NCBI GenBank assembly: GCA_963663195.1
Contig: OY760136.1
Coordinates: forward strand, 4,478,765 to 4,542,764
Origin: Vicinamibacterales bacterium
Lineage (GTDB): Bacteria > Acidobacteriota > Vicinamibacteria > Vicinamibacterales > UBA8438
Direction: 5' to 3'
Length of the DNA: 64,000 bases
Position numbers and translations under genes: made by a program. Below are positions 34,066 through 43,892 of the stretch, in pieces (the first letter of the stretch is position 1; the number at the start of each line of letters is the position of its first letter). The notes below the pieces were generated by a model. It had not been told where the DNA came from. It was given only the letters and a program-made list of their open reading frames with translations, and did not search any database.

Positions 34066-35899
34066 CGTTCGGACGCTCCTCAGGCTCGTCGTGCTTGGCG
34101 AAGTAGGCCTCGATCATCGCCTTGGCGATCGGCGCGGCCAGGTAGCCGTGCTCGGCATGCTCGCCGAACACGACGCCGGCAATCCGCGGATCGTCCCGCG
34201 GCGCCGCGAACACGAACCAGCCATGGTCGCGGAACCGCCGGCCGCTGTCGCCCTCCGCCTTCACCGCCGCGAGGCCCTCCAGCGAGATCACCTGCGCCGT
34301 GCCGGTCTTGCCGATGACGTCGCGTCCCGTAATCCGCGCCCGGCGGGCCGTGCCGGCGCGATTCACCGCCATCCAGAGCCCCTCGCGGACCGCCGCTACC
34401 GTTTCGGGTTTCAGGCCTACCCGCTCCGGCGCCGGATGGTCCGCCGCCACCCAGCCGTTCCCCGAGCGCACGGCCTGCAGCATGTGCGGCACCGGCCGCA
34501 GGCCGCCGGAGGCGACCGTGGACATCATCACGGCCAGCGATACGGGCGTCACCGACACCGCGCCCTGGCCGATCGCCACCGACAGCGTCTCGCCGGGGTA
34601 CCACGGCTGGTTGAACTGCAACCGCTTCCACGCCCGCGACGGAACGAGCCCCGGCACCTCGTGCGGCAGGTCGATGCCGCTCGGCTCGCCGAGTCCGAGC
34701 GCCGCGGCCCAGTGATGGATCCGGTCGATGTCCAGCATGCTGCCCAGCGTGTAGAAATAGGTATTGCAGGACTTCTCCAGCGCCTCGTGCAGGGCCACCC
34801 GGCCGTGCCGCGTGTGGCAGCGGAAGAAGCGCTGGTAGAAGCGGGCGCCGCCGGCGCAGTTGACGGAGAAGTCGGGCGTGATCGCACCCTCCTCCAACGC
34901 CGCGACCGCCATGGCCACCTTGAACGTGGAGCCGGGCGCATAGCGTCCCTGCAACCCGCGGTTCTGCAGCGGCCTGCGCGCGTCGCTGTTGAGCGTCGAC
35001 CAGGTCTGCCGGTCGACGCGCGGGACGAAGTCGGCCGGGTCATAGGCGGGCAGGCTGACCAGCGCCAGCACTTCTCCCGTGCGCGGGTCGAGCGCCACGG
35101 CGGCGCCGTCGAATCCGGAGCTCGCGAAGGCCTCCTCCGCGGCCTGCTGCACGTCCAGGTCGATAGTCAGCCGCAGTTGCCGCCCCTGCTGCGGAGAAAC
35201 CTGGTCGATCGTCTCGATCTCGCGACCGACGTTGTTGACGGCCACGCGCCGCGCGCCGTTCTCGCCCATCAGCAGCAGGTTGTACGACTGCTCGACACCC
35301 GACTGCCCGATGATCGAGCCCAGCCTCACCCGCGGATCGCTCGCTTCGCGGAGCTGGTGCTCCTGCGCTTTGCCCACGTATCCGAACAGGTGCGACGCCG
35401 TCTCCTGGCTCGGATAGTAGCGCGCCGGGTCGTGCTCGACGATCACGCCCGGAAGCTCGAGAGCACGGGCCTGGACGGCGGCAACCTGCGCCAGCGACGC
35501 GTCCGGCACGATCACGACTGGCCGAAACGCCGGAATGCCGCGCTGGTCCTGGACCGCCGCCCGCAACGCGTCCACATCGGCGCCGGTCACCCTGCCGATC
35601 AGGTCGAGCGAGCTGTCCAGATCCGCAACGCGCTCTCGAATGACGGAGATGTTGAACGTATAGCGGTTGTCGACGAGCACTTGCCCGTTGCGGTCGACGA
35701 GCGCGCCGCGCGGCGCGCGCAGGCTGATGGTGCGGTCATGGTTGTTCTCGGCCATCTCCGCGAGGCGGTCGTACTGGCCGATCTGGAGGCTCCAGAAGCT
35801 GAGCGCGAGCAGGCCGAAAACGACGCCGACGATGACGCGGCCCAGGATCAGCAGGCTGTCCGTCTGCTCCCGCCAGCGGCTGCTGCTCAGGTTGACCAT
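34058..35899 (-). CDS. mrdA: Penicillin-binding protein 2
   Basis: APRG dimerisation domain, STFK, SCN, KTGTAQ transpeptidase motifs. Confidence 0.93.
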   Translation of the reverse strand: MVNLSSSRWREQTDSLLILGRVIVGVVFGLLALSFWSLQIGQYDRLAEMAENNHDRTISLRAPRGALVDRNGQVLVDNRYTFNISVIRERVADLDSSLDLIGRVTGADVDALRAAVQDQRGIPAFRPVVIVPDASLAQVAAVQARALELPGVIVEHDPARYYPSQETASHLFGYVGKAQEHQLREASDPRVRLGSIIGQSGVEQSYNLLLMGENGARRVAVNNVGREIETIDQVSPQQGRQLRLTIDLDVQQAAEEAFASSGFDGAAVALDPRTGEVLALVSLPAYDPADFVPRVDRQTWSTLNSDARRPLQNRGLQGRYAPGSTFKVAMAVAALEEGAITPDFSVNCAGGARFYQRFFRCHTRHGRVALHEALEKSCNTYFYTLGSMLDIDRIHHWAAALGLGEPSGIDLPHEVPGLVPSRAWKRLQFNQPWYPGETLSVAIGQGAVSVTPVSLAVMMSTVASGGLRPVPHMLQAVRSGNGWVAADHPAPERVGLKPETVAAVREGLWMAVNRAGTARRARITGRDVIGKTGTAQVISLEGLAAVKAEGDSGRRFRDHGWFVFAAPRDDPRIAGVVFGEHAEHGYLAAPIAKAMIEAYFAKHDEPEERPNGA

Positions 35900-35903
35900 G
35901 GTC

Positions 35904-36431
35904 CTATTGGATGACCCAGCGCCCGTGCGAGAACGGCGTCACGAGCTGCCACAGCCGCCGCAAGGCGCCGGGCGCCGTGCGCAGGAGCCAGACTCCGATG
36001 ACGCCCGCCACGCCGTTCACCACCGCCTGGGTCAGCAGAAACGCCCCGCTGGCGGCCGGTGCGCCGGTGTCAATCAGCAGGTACACGCCGAAAAAGCAAA
36101 CGGCGTGCAGCAGACTGGCCGCCAGATAGGTAAAAAAGCGGCTCACGGAGTTGCCGACAAAGAACCGCGTGCCGCTCAATCCGACCACCGCGCCCGTGAG
36201 GCACTTGGCGAGACCGCTCACGCCGACGATACCACCCGACAGCACGTCCTGCAGCAATCCGGCGGCGGTGCCGGTCCACACCCCGGCCGCGGGCCCGCGC
36301 GACAACGCGGTGTAGACGACGACGACCAGCACCAGGTCCACCGGCGCCTGCCCGGACGCAATCATGCGCAGGAGCGCGGTCTGGACGAGCAGCGCGGCCC
36401 CGAGCCCCAGCGCGACTTGCGTATTCTTCAC
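35904..36431 (-). CDS. mreD: Rod shape-determining protein MreD
   Basis: Small multi-TM protein with GLLQD motif between mreC and mrdA. Confidence 0.85.
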   Translation of the reverse strand: MKNTQVALGLGAALLVQTALLRMIASGQAPVDLVLVVVVYTALSRGPAAGVWTGTAAGLLQDVLSGGIVGVSGLAKCLTGAVVGLSGTRFFVGNSVSRFFTYLAASLLHAVCFFGVYLLIDTGAPAASGAFLLTQAVVNGVAGVIGVWLLRTAPGALRRLWQLVTPFSHGRWVIQ

Positions 36432-37270
36432 TCGTTCTCCGCTACAACCTCGACCGGACCGCGCTCTCCCACCACGACGAGGACCACCTCCAGCCGGGAG
36501 AACTCCACCGCGGGCACCACGCTAACCTCCAGGTGCAGCCCGGAGTCGTGGCGCACCTCCGATACCTCGCCGATGACGAACCCGGGCGGGTAGATGCCGT
36601 CAATCCCCGACGTCACAATCCGATCTCCGACGCGGACGTCCTCCGTGTTGGAGACGAATTCCATGCGCATCAGGTGCTCGTCGTCGGAACCGCGCACGAT
36701 GCCCGCCGCGCGCGAGCGCTCGATGCGCGCGCCGGCGGCCGCGTTGCGATCGTTCAGCAGTTGCACCTGCGCGGCGCCCCACGCGGGATCGCCCAGCACC
36801 CGCCCCACGACACCTTCCGGCGCGATAACCGCCGCGTCGGCAACCACGCCGTGCGCACTGCCCCGGTCGAACGTCAGCGTCCGAATGTAGGGCGTCGCGC
36901 CCGCGGCGACCACGCGCGCGCTCACGGTGTCCAACTCGATGTCACGCCGCAGGTCGAGCAGCGCCTGCAGGCTGCGGGCGCGGTGCGCCAGCGCGCGCTG
37001 CGCCTGCAACGCGAGCTTGAGATCGTCCACTTCGGCGGCCAGCGTGTCGTTGCGCGCCTGCAGATCCCGCAAGGTCAGGAAATCCGACCAGGTGCCCGCC
37101 GCCGTGCTCCAGGCGAACGTCAGCATCTGCTGCATCTCGGCGAATGCGCCGAACGTCACCTGCTCCAGAACGCTGTTGCGGGGCCCGGCCTTGACCTGCG
37201 CGGAGATGAGAATCAGATGGCCGACGACGACGGCCAGGATGAGATAACCGGTGCGCTGGCGGCGATCCAC
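36428..37270 (-). CDS. mreC: Rod shape-determining protein MreC
   Basis: TM plus coiled coil, DRGSAHGV, GVVGRV, VTSGIDGIYPPG. Confidence 0.92.
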   Translation of the reverse strand: MDRRQRTGYLILAVVVGHLILISAQVKAGPRNSVLEQVTFGAFAEMQQMLTFAWSTAAGTWSDFLTLRDLQARNDTLAAEVDDLKLALQAQRALAHRARSLQALLDLRRDIELDTVSARVVAAGATPYIRTLTFDRGSAHGVVADAAVIAPEGVVGRVLGDPAWGAAQVQLLNDRNAAAGARIERSRAAGIVRGSDDEHLMRMEFVSNTEDVRVGDRIVTSGIDGIYPPGFVIGEVSEVRHDSGLHLEVSVVPAVEFSRLEVVLVVVGERGPVEVVAENE

Positions 37271-37339
37271 AGTCGGTGCCTTGGCTCTCCCGCCTTATTC
37301 GGGTGCTGAACCAGCCGGTTCCAAAATACGTCTATCCGT

Positions 37340-38365
37340 TCAGTTTCGCGAAATCTTTCGCAGGAGATCGAAGTCGGACAACATCTTGCCGACCCCCAGG
37401 ACCACGCACGAGAGCGGATCCTCCGCCATCTCGAGACACAGCCCCGTATCGTCGCGCAGCCGCTTGTCCAGATTCCTCAGCAACGCGCCGCCGCCGGTCA
37501 TCACGATGCCGCGGTCGACGATGTCGGCGGAAAGCTCGGGCGGCGTCTGCTCCAGTGTCACGCGGACCGCGTCGACAATCACATTGACCTTGTCGACCAG
37601 AGCCTCGCGGATCTCGTCGTCTCCGACCTCGATTGTCCGCGGAATGCCGTCGACCAGGTGCCGGCCCTTGATCTCCATGGTCTTCGGCTCGTCGAGCGGA
37701 GCAGCCGAACCAATCTCGATCTTGATCCGCTCCGCCGTGCGCTCGCCGATCAGCAGGCTGTACTTCTTCCTGACGTGCTGCATGATGGCGTCGTCCATCT
37801 CGTTGCCGGCGACCCGCACCGCCTTGCTGTAAACGATACCGGAAAGCGAAATGACGGCGATGTCGGTGGTCCCGCCGCCGACGTCGACAATCATGTTGCC
37901 GGCCGGCTCGGTGATCGGCATCCCGGCGCCGATGGCCGCCGCCATCGCCTCCTCCACGAGATAGACCTCGCTGGCCTTCGCGCGGTAGGCGCTGTCCTTG
38001 ACGGCGCGCCGCTCCACCTGCGTAATCTCGGACGGCACGCCCACGATGATGCGCGGCCGGACCCAGACGTTGCGGTTGTGCGCCTTGCGGATGAAATAGG
38101 TGAGCATCTTCTCGGTGACCTCGAAGTCGGCGATCACGCCGTCCTTCATCGGCTTGATCGCGACGATGTCACCGGGCGTCCGCCCCAGCATCTCCTTCGC
38201 CTCGTGGCCGACCGCCTCGACGCTGCCGTCGCGCCGGTTGATGGCGACAATGGACGGCTCGCTGAGCACGACTCCCTTGCCGCGCACGAATACGCAGGTG
38301 TTGGCGGTGCCGAGATCGATCGCGAGATCGCTGGAAAATATCGAGAAGATTGAACCGAGGGTCAC
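37340..38365 (-). CDS. mreB: Actin-like rod shape-determining protein MreB
   Basis: [41 protein letters not shown]. Confidence 0.97.
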   Translation of the reverse strand: MTLGSIFSIFSSDLAIDLGTANTCVFVRGKGVVLSEPSIVAINRRDGSVEAVGHEAKEMLGRTPGDIVAIKPMKDGVIADFEVTEKMLTYFIRKAHNRNVWVRPRIIVGVPSEITQVERRAVKDSAYRAKASEVYLVEEAMAAAIGAGMPITEPAGNMIVDVGGGTTDIAVISLSGIVYSKAVRVAGNEMDDAIMQHVRKKYSLLIGERTAERIKIEIGSAAPLDEPKTMEIKGRHLVDGIPRTIEVGDDEIREALVDKVNVIVDAVRVTLEQTPPELSADIVDRGIVMTGGGALLRNLDKRLRDDTGLCLEMAEDPLSCVVLGVGKMLSDFDLLRKISRN

Positions 38366-38522
38366 GGGGACCGGGCCTCTTGAAGCTGTACGGAAATCAC
38401 GAATATATCGATCACATCAGCGTAAATATAACACGAAATTCGGTTTCGGCCCGCGGCGGCGGCGGCGCCCGGGCTCCGGCGGATGACAAGACTCGTCCCT
38501 CGCGGCTAGAATCAACAGCGCA

Positions 38523-40448
38523 ATGACGATGCTCGATGGCATGCGGCGGCACAAGGGCTGGCTCAAGTGGAGCCTCGCCCTGGTCTGCCTGGCGTTCGTG
38601 TTCCTGTACGTCCCGGGGTTCGTCGATCAGACGGCCCTCGAGGGGTTTCCCAACGATGTCGTGGCGCAGGTCGGAGAGTACGACATCACCGTGGCGCAAT
38701 TCCGCCAGATGTACCTCCTCCAACTGGAGAACTACCGGCAGCAATCTTCCGGAGAGGTCTCCGAGGAGGTGCTTCGGTCGCTCGGGATCGATCGCCAGAT
38801 CCTGCAGGGCATGATCGCGCGCTACGCGGCCGTGGCCGAAGCCGAGCGGCTGGGGTTGTCGGTCAGCGACGCCGAGGTGCGCCACCGCATCGTCAACCTG
38901 CCCGGATTCCAGGTAAACGGGCAGTTCGTCGGCGAGGCGCGCTACCGGCAGGCGCTGCAGTTCCAGCGCCCGCCGATGACGCCTGCGCAATTCGAGGAGG
39001 AAGTGCGCCGCGACATCATGTTCGAACGGCTGGAGGCGGCCGTCACCGGATGGATCGCCGTATCGGACGATGAGATTGCCGCGGAGCACCGGCGGCGGAA
39101 CGAGAAGGTCAGGGTGCAGGTGGTCGCCTTCCGCGGCGACGACTATCTGGAGGATATCGAGGCGACGGACGAGGAGGTCGAGGCGCAGTTCGAGGAGAAT
39201 CCGCTGTCGTACGAAGTGCCCGAGAAGCGCCAGCTGCGATTCCTCCTCGTCGACGAGTCGGCCATCTTCGAGAACATCAGCCCCGGCGACGATGAAGTGC
39301 AGCAGTACTACGACGCGAACATCTCGCAGTACACGACGCCGGGCCAGGTGCGCGCCAGCCACATCCTGCTGCGCGTCGGAGACCAGGACGAGGCCGAGGT
39401 CGAGGCCCGCGCGGCGGAGCTCGCGGCGGAGGCGCGCGCCGGCGCCGACTTCGCGGAGCTGGCGCGGGAGCACTCGGAGGACGAGGCGAACGCGGAAGAC
39501 GGCGGCGACCTCGGGATGTTCGGCCGCGGCCGCATGGTGGCGGAGGTCGAGGCGGCGGCCTTCGACCTGGACGTCGACACCGTGTCGGACCCGGTGCGAA
39601 GCGCGTTCGGCTTCCACGTCCTGCGCGTGACGGAGAAGCAGGAAGAGACGGCCCAACCGCTCGAGGAAGTACGCGAGGCGATCGAGAACACCCTGAAGAA
39701 CGAGCGCGCCACGTCGCGCGCCGACGCACTGGCGCGGGCGATCGCGGCCGAGGTCGAAACGCCGGAGGATCTGGAGCGCGCGGCCGGCGCCCGGGGCTTC
39801 GAGCTGCAGGAATCGGGCTTCGTCGGGCGCGGCGAGCCGATTCTCGGTCTCGGATTCGCGCAGCAGGTGTCGGCGGAAGCGTTCCAGATGGAGCAGGGCG
39901 AAGTGGCCGGGCCGATCCAGACGCCGACCGGACCGGCATTCGTGACCGTCACCGCCCTGCAGGATCCCGTCATTCCGCCGCTCGAAGAGGTGCGCGAGGA
40001 CGTGGCCCGCGACGTGCGCAGCCGCAAGGCGCTGGAGCGGGCGCGCGAGCAGGCCGACGCGGCGGCCGCGAGCCTGCGCGGCGGCGAGGACTTCGAGGCG
40101 GCGGCCGAGGAGGCCGGCCTCACCGTCGCCACGAGCGAGCTGATCACGCGCGGCGCGGCCTTCCCGGAGGTCGGCGTCAGCTCGGCGCTCGAGCAAGCGG
40201 CGTTCGATCTGCCGATCGGCGGCGTGAGCGGCGTCCTGGAGGGTGGCGGCCAGACGCTGGCCATCGTGCGGCTGCTGGAGCGCGAGGACGTCACGCCGGA
40301 GCAGATTGCCGAGGCGAGCGACGCGGTCCGCGGCGAGCTGCTACAGACCCGCCGCAACGAGTTCTACAGCACCTACATGTCCCGCGTGCAGGAGCAGCTG
40401 GGCGTCGACATCGACTACGCCGCCTTCGAGAACGCTGTAGGGACCTGA
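38523..40448 (+). CDS. ppiD: PpiD/SurA-type periplasmic chaperone with parvulin domain
   Basis: N-terminal TM anchor, SurA_N domain, VRASHIL...FAELAREHSED...GGDLG...FGFHV. Confidence 0.85.
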   Translation: MTMLDGMRRHKGWLKWSLALVCLAFVFLYVPGFVDQTALEGFPNDVVAQVGEYDITVAQFRQMYLLQLENYRQQSSGEVSEEVLRSLGIDRQILQGMIARYAAVAEAERLGLSVSDAEVRHRIVNLPGFQVNGQFVGEARYRQALQFQRPPMTPAQFEEEVRRDIMFERLEAAVTGWIAVSDDEIAAEHRRRNEKVRVQVVAFRGDDYLEDIEATDEEVEAQFEENPLSYEVPEKRQLRFLLVDESAIFENISPGDDEVQQYYDANISQYTTPGQVRASHILLRVGDQDEAEVEARAAELAAEARAGADFAELAREHSEDEANAEDGGDLGMFGRGRMVAEVEAAAFDLDVDTVSDPVRSAFGFHVLRVTEKQEETAQPLEEVREAIENTLKNERATSRADALARAIAAEVETPEDLERAAGARGFELQESGFVGRGEPILGLGFAQQVSAEAFQMEQGEVAGPIQTPTGPAFVTVTALQDPVIPPLEEVREDVARDVRSRKALERAREQADAAAASLRGGEDFEAAAEEAGLTVATSELITRGAAFPEVGVSSALEQAAFDLPIGGVSGVLEGGGQTLAIVRLLEREDVTPEQIAEASDAVRGELLQTRRNEFYSTYMSRVQEQLGVDIDYAAFENAVGT

Positions 40449-40460
40449 GCGCAGCCCCAT

Positions 40461-42194
40461 CTAACGAATAACGACCTGCGGCATCAGCGCGAGCGGCTCG
40501 CCCGGACGGAAGAGGCGCAGCCGCGCGGCGGCGGCATCCACGGCGGCGTCCGCCGGCGAAACCGGCCGCAGCGCGTTCAGCAGACCGGCGCGCAACGCGA
40601 ATCCGTCGTTGAGCACCTCGAAGAACGAGCGCGGCCGCGGGTACGGCACCAGCGTCACCTCCCGGTCGGCGTCGACGCCGGCCAGCCGCTTCGCCGCGGA
40701 AACGGCGGCGTCCATGCCGCCCAGCTCGTCGACCAGCCCGATATCGCGCGCCTGGCGGCCGGTCCATACGCGGCCCTGGGCGACGGCGTGCACGGCGTCG
40801 CGGGTCATGCCGCGGCCCTCGGCCGCACGCGCCAGGAATTCCTCGTAGATCGCATCGATCTGCTGCTGTACGCGTACGCGCGCCTCGTCGGAATAGGGCG
40901 TCGCAATGGAGTTCATCTCGGCCATGCGGCCGGCCGAGACGGCCTCGACGGAAACGCCGAGCTTCTCGAAGGCGCCGCCGAGCGCCAGCTTGCCGCCCAC
41001 CACGCCGATCGACCCGGTCAACGTGCCCGGCTGCGCCACGATGACGTCGGCCGGCATGGCCACGTAGTACCCGCCTGACGCGGCCAGGTCGGACATCGAC
41101 GCGACGACCGGCTTCTCCTCTCCGGCCAGCATGATCTCGCGCCAGATCAGGTCGGAGGCGATGGCGCCGCCTCCGGGACTGTTGATGCGCACGATGATCG
41201 CCTCTATGTCCTCGTCCGCTCGCGCCGCGCGCAGGGAGTTCATCAACGTCGCGGCGCCGGCCGTCCCGTCCAGGCCGCCTCCGTCGCCGTGCACGATGGC
41301 GCCGACGACGTACACCACCGCGATGGCGGGACCGCCGCCCAGTCCGAGCGACGCGGGATCGATGCGCCGGTAGTCGGCGAACGACAGACGCTCGGCCGGT
41401 TCGTCACTTTCGGCGACCCGCTCCAGCAGCTCGTCCTCGTACAACAGGTCGTCGACCAGCCCCCGCGCAAGCGCCGCGTCCCCCAGGAACGGACCCTCGT
41501 CAATCAGGGCCCGCACGTCTGCCACCGGCAGGCCGCGGCCGCGGGCGATGCCGATGACGAGCTGATCGTAGAAATCGCGCGCGAGCGCCTCGTCCATCTC
41601 GCGGTGCGCCGGCGTGAAAGTCGTCTCGGTGTAGATGTTCGCGGCGGTCTTGAAGTCTCCCGCGTGGAGCATGTCGGGATATACCCCGATCTTGTCCAGG
41701 GCGTTGCGGGCGAACAACTCGTAGATGCTGACGCCGACCAGATCGAGCGGGCTGGTGGGCGCGAGATACACCTCGTCGCAGGCGGACGCGAGGTAGTACG
41801 CCTGGCTGACGCCCAACTCCAGGTAGGCGACGATGCGCTTGCCGGACGCCCGGAACGCCTCGACCGCGCCGCGGATCTCCTGCGCCGTCGCCCACGGCAC
41901 CGGCTGCGGCGAGGGCGCCAGCACGACGGTCCGGATGCGCTCGTCGGCGGCCGCCTTGCGCAACGCCCCCACCACGGAGGACACGGTCGCGCGCGGGCCG
42001 CCAAGCTGCGAAAGGAGGTCGTCGGGCTGCCGTTCGGCGAGCTCGGCGGGCAGGCGCAGCCAGAGCACCGATTCATCGGGCACGTCGGGGCCGCGCGTGG
42101 CGAGCACGACGGCGGCCGCCACTGCCGCAGCCGAAACGACCGCAATCGCGATGACGATGGTGATGACGATACGGGCGCCCGGGGTCAGTGCCAC
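40461..42194 (-). CDS. sppA: Signal peptide peptidase SppA (two-domain type)
   Basis: GDFKTA, RINSPGG, AASGGYY, TGSIGV, GRVWTG; GGGAGG RBS. Confidence 0.92.
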   Translation of the reverse strand: MALTPGARIVITIVIAIAVVSAAAVAAAVVLATRGPDVPDESVLWLRLPAELAERQPDDLLSQLGGPRATVSSVVGALRKAAADERIRTVVLAPSPQPVPWATAQEIRGAVEAFRASGKRIVAYLELGVSQAYYLASACDEVYLAPTSPLDLVGVSIYELFARNALDKIGVYPDMLHAGDFKTAANIYTETTFTPAHREMDEALARDFYDQLVIGIARGRGLPVADVRALIDEGPFLGDAALARGLVDDLLYEDELLERVAESDEPAERLSFADYRRIDPASLGLGGGPAIAVVYVVGAIVHGDGGGLDGTAGAATLMNSLRAARADEDIEAIIVRINSPGGGAIASDLIWREIMLAGEEKPVVASMSDLAASGGYYVAMPADVIVAQPGTLTGSIGVVGGKLALGGAFEKLGVSVEAVSAGRMAEMNSIATPYSDEARVRVQQQIDAIYEEFLARAAEGRGMTRDAVHAVAQGRVWTGRQARDIGLVDELGGMDAAVSAAKRLAGVDADREVTLVPYPRPRSFFEVLNDGFALRAGLLNALRPVSPADAAVDAAAARLRLFRPGEPLALMPQVVIR

Positions 42195-42231
42195 GTGGTT
42201 GCCTCCCTTGCTATACTTCGTGATTCCCGCT

Positions 42232-42315
42232 GCGGAAGTGGCGGAACTGGCAGACGCGCAAGCCTCAGGAGCTTGTGGGCTTCGGCTCGTGGGGGTTCAA
42301 ATCCCCCCTTCCGCA
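42232..42315 (+). tRNA. tRNA-Leu(CAG)
   Basis: Acceptor GCGGAAG/CTTCCGC+A, D-loop with GG, anticodon stem CAAGC/GCTTG around CT-CAG-GA, long variable arm, GTTCAAATC T-loop; CCA not encoded; TATACT -10 at 42212. Confidence 0.95.
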
Positions 42316-42325
42316 TTCATTACCA

Positions 42326-42369
42326 GATGGGGCTACCGCCCCAAACCCCCGGCAAGCCCTAGAGGGGCC
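42326..42369. repeat. Truncated copy of the repeat at 10938
   Basis: GATGGGGCTACCGCCCCAAACCCCCGGCAAGCCCTAGAGGGGCC vs GATGGGGCTGCGCCCCAAACCCCCGGCAAGCCCTAGCGGGGAC. Confidence 0.75.
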
Positions 42370-42377
42370 GGGTGCGG

Positions 42378-42824
42378 CTACTGTTCGGAGGGCGCGGGGC
42401 GGTCGCCTGACTCCGCGGTGCCCAGCAGTCCCAGATAGCCGATGAAGAACTCGCGCCCGTCGTCGTACAGCAGCGTCTGGCCGTTGGCCCGCAGCGCCCC
42501 GTCCTTGGACTGATAACCGTCGATCGTGACGCGCGCGCCGGGCGGTATGGAGTCCGGCGAGAAGCCGCGTCGCAGCAGGTTCATCGGCGCGGCCGCCTCG
42601 ATCGCCCACTCGTGCGTTCGCCCGTCCTCTCCGATGACGTTGATGTGGATCCAGGGGTGCGGGTTGATCCACTGCACCTTCACCACCTCGCCCGTCAGCG
42701 TGACCGGCCGGCTGCGGTCGAACTCGTTCACCTCGATATGGTGCGCGCGCACCGCCGCGCCCCCGAGCACCAGGCCCGCCAGCAGCACCGCCGCGGCCAT
42801 CGCCGCGCCACGCTTCCCGCTCAT
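42378..42824 (-). CDS. DUF6152-like exported protein
   Basis: Signal peptide ending AVRA, then HH; FD...LTGEV...WINPH...WAIE pattern; GGAGG RBS. Confidence 0.8.
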   Translation of the reverse strand: MSGKRGAAMAAAVLLAGLVLGGAAVRAHHIEVNEFDRSRPVTLTGEVVKVQWINPHPWIHINVIGEDGRTHEWAIEAAAPMNLLRRGFSPDSIPPGARVTIDGYQSKDGALRANGQTLLYDDGREFFIGYLGLLGTAESGDRPAPSEQ

Positions 42825-42843
42825 CGCACACCTCCCCGAAGCG

Positions 42844-43818
42844 CTACCGGGCACCGTCTTCCGCCGTGGCGCCTGCCAGGATGTTGTACAGCCCGTAGTT
42901 CCCTTCGTGGCAGGCGTACTCGTACATCGTGTCCGGGTTCCGCTGCATCGGCAGGGAGAACGTCCAGGCGCTCGACCAGACGGTCGGATCGTCGACCGTA
43001 ACCTCGTACTGCAACGTGTTGTCGGCAACCCGCGTGAAGCGCTCGGTCAGGCGCAGGTTCGCGCCGGAGTTGCTGAACATGGTCTCGCGCAGGAAGTTGG
43101 TCGTCTCGACCACGAGGGTATCGCCGTCCCAGTGCGCGCGGGGATCCCCGCTCCACTGGCGCACGGCGGCGGGCAGGTGCGGCCGCCCGTCGAGCGGGAC
43201 GATGCGGGCGTCGTGAATCATCTCGTTCAGAATCACGACGTGATCCTCGGTCTGGAACACCTGCATGTTGTTGTTGTAGGCGCCGGGCGTCATCGGCGGG
43301 CCGGTGTTGAAGCCCAGGATGCAGCGGACGCGCAGCGCGCCCGGTCCGAGATCCTCGACGAACCCGCCGGGCGTCGGGGCGTCCGGGTCCACGCCGCGGC
43401 GGGCGCGCGTCACCTCCGCGCGGCGGTGCTCGACCGTCGGCGTCAGCGCCGGTATGCGCCCGTCGGGCGGGTCGATCACCAGCGACGTCCGGTCGGTCGT
43501 CACGGACGTGCCCTCGTCGAACCAGAAGTCGTTGTACGGCACCACCCGGCCGGAAGTGTCGTTGTCGCGGCTGCGCCGGCGGATGGTCTCCTCGGAGAAC
43601 TCGGCCGCCGCCTCCTCCGTGAACACCTCGTTCGCCGCCAGGTCCTCCGGACGCTCCATCGGCGTCAGGCTGCGGAAATCCCACACGCCCTGGAGATCGG
43701 GCGCGCCCCACGGCGTGCGCGGCGCGGCGTACGGCTCGGACTGTGCGCCGGCCCCGGCCGGCGCCAGGACGCCGCCCACGGCGATGGTCAACAACGCGAC
43801 GAGCAATCGATGACGCAT
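42844..43818 (-). CDS. Secreted uncharacterised protein, EYACHEGNY family paralog 2
   Basis: Signal peptide from ATG 43818; PRTPWGAPDLQGVW, VRC, EMIH, EYACHEGNY. Confidence 0.85.
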   Translation of the reverse strand: MRHRLLVALLTIAVGGVLAPAGAGAQSEPYAAPRTPWGAPDLQGVWDFRSLTPMERPEDLAANEVFTEEAAAEFSEETIRRRSRDNDTSGRVVPYNDFWFDEGTSVTTDRTSLVIDPPDGRIPALTPTVEHRRAEVTRARRGVDPDAPTPGGFVEDLGPGALRVRCILGFNTGPPMTPGAYNNNMQVFQTEDHVVILNEMIHDARIVPLDGRPHLPAAVRQWSGDPRAHWDGDTLVVETTNFLRETMFSNSGANLRLTERFTRVADNTLQYEVTVDDPTVWSSAWTFSLPMQRNPDTMYEYACHEGNYGLYNILAGATAEDGAR

Positions 43819-43892
43819 GCTGCACCTCCCCTGCGAGCGGCGGGCCCTCCGCGCGCCCACTCGTGCAGTATACCGCTGGTGAGAAATGCGGG

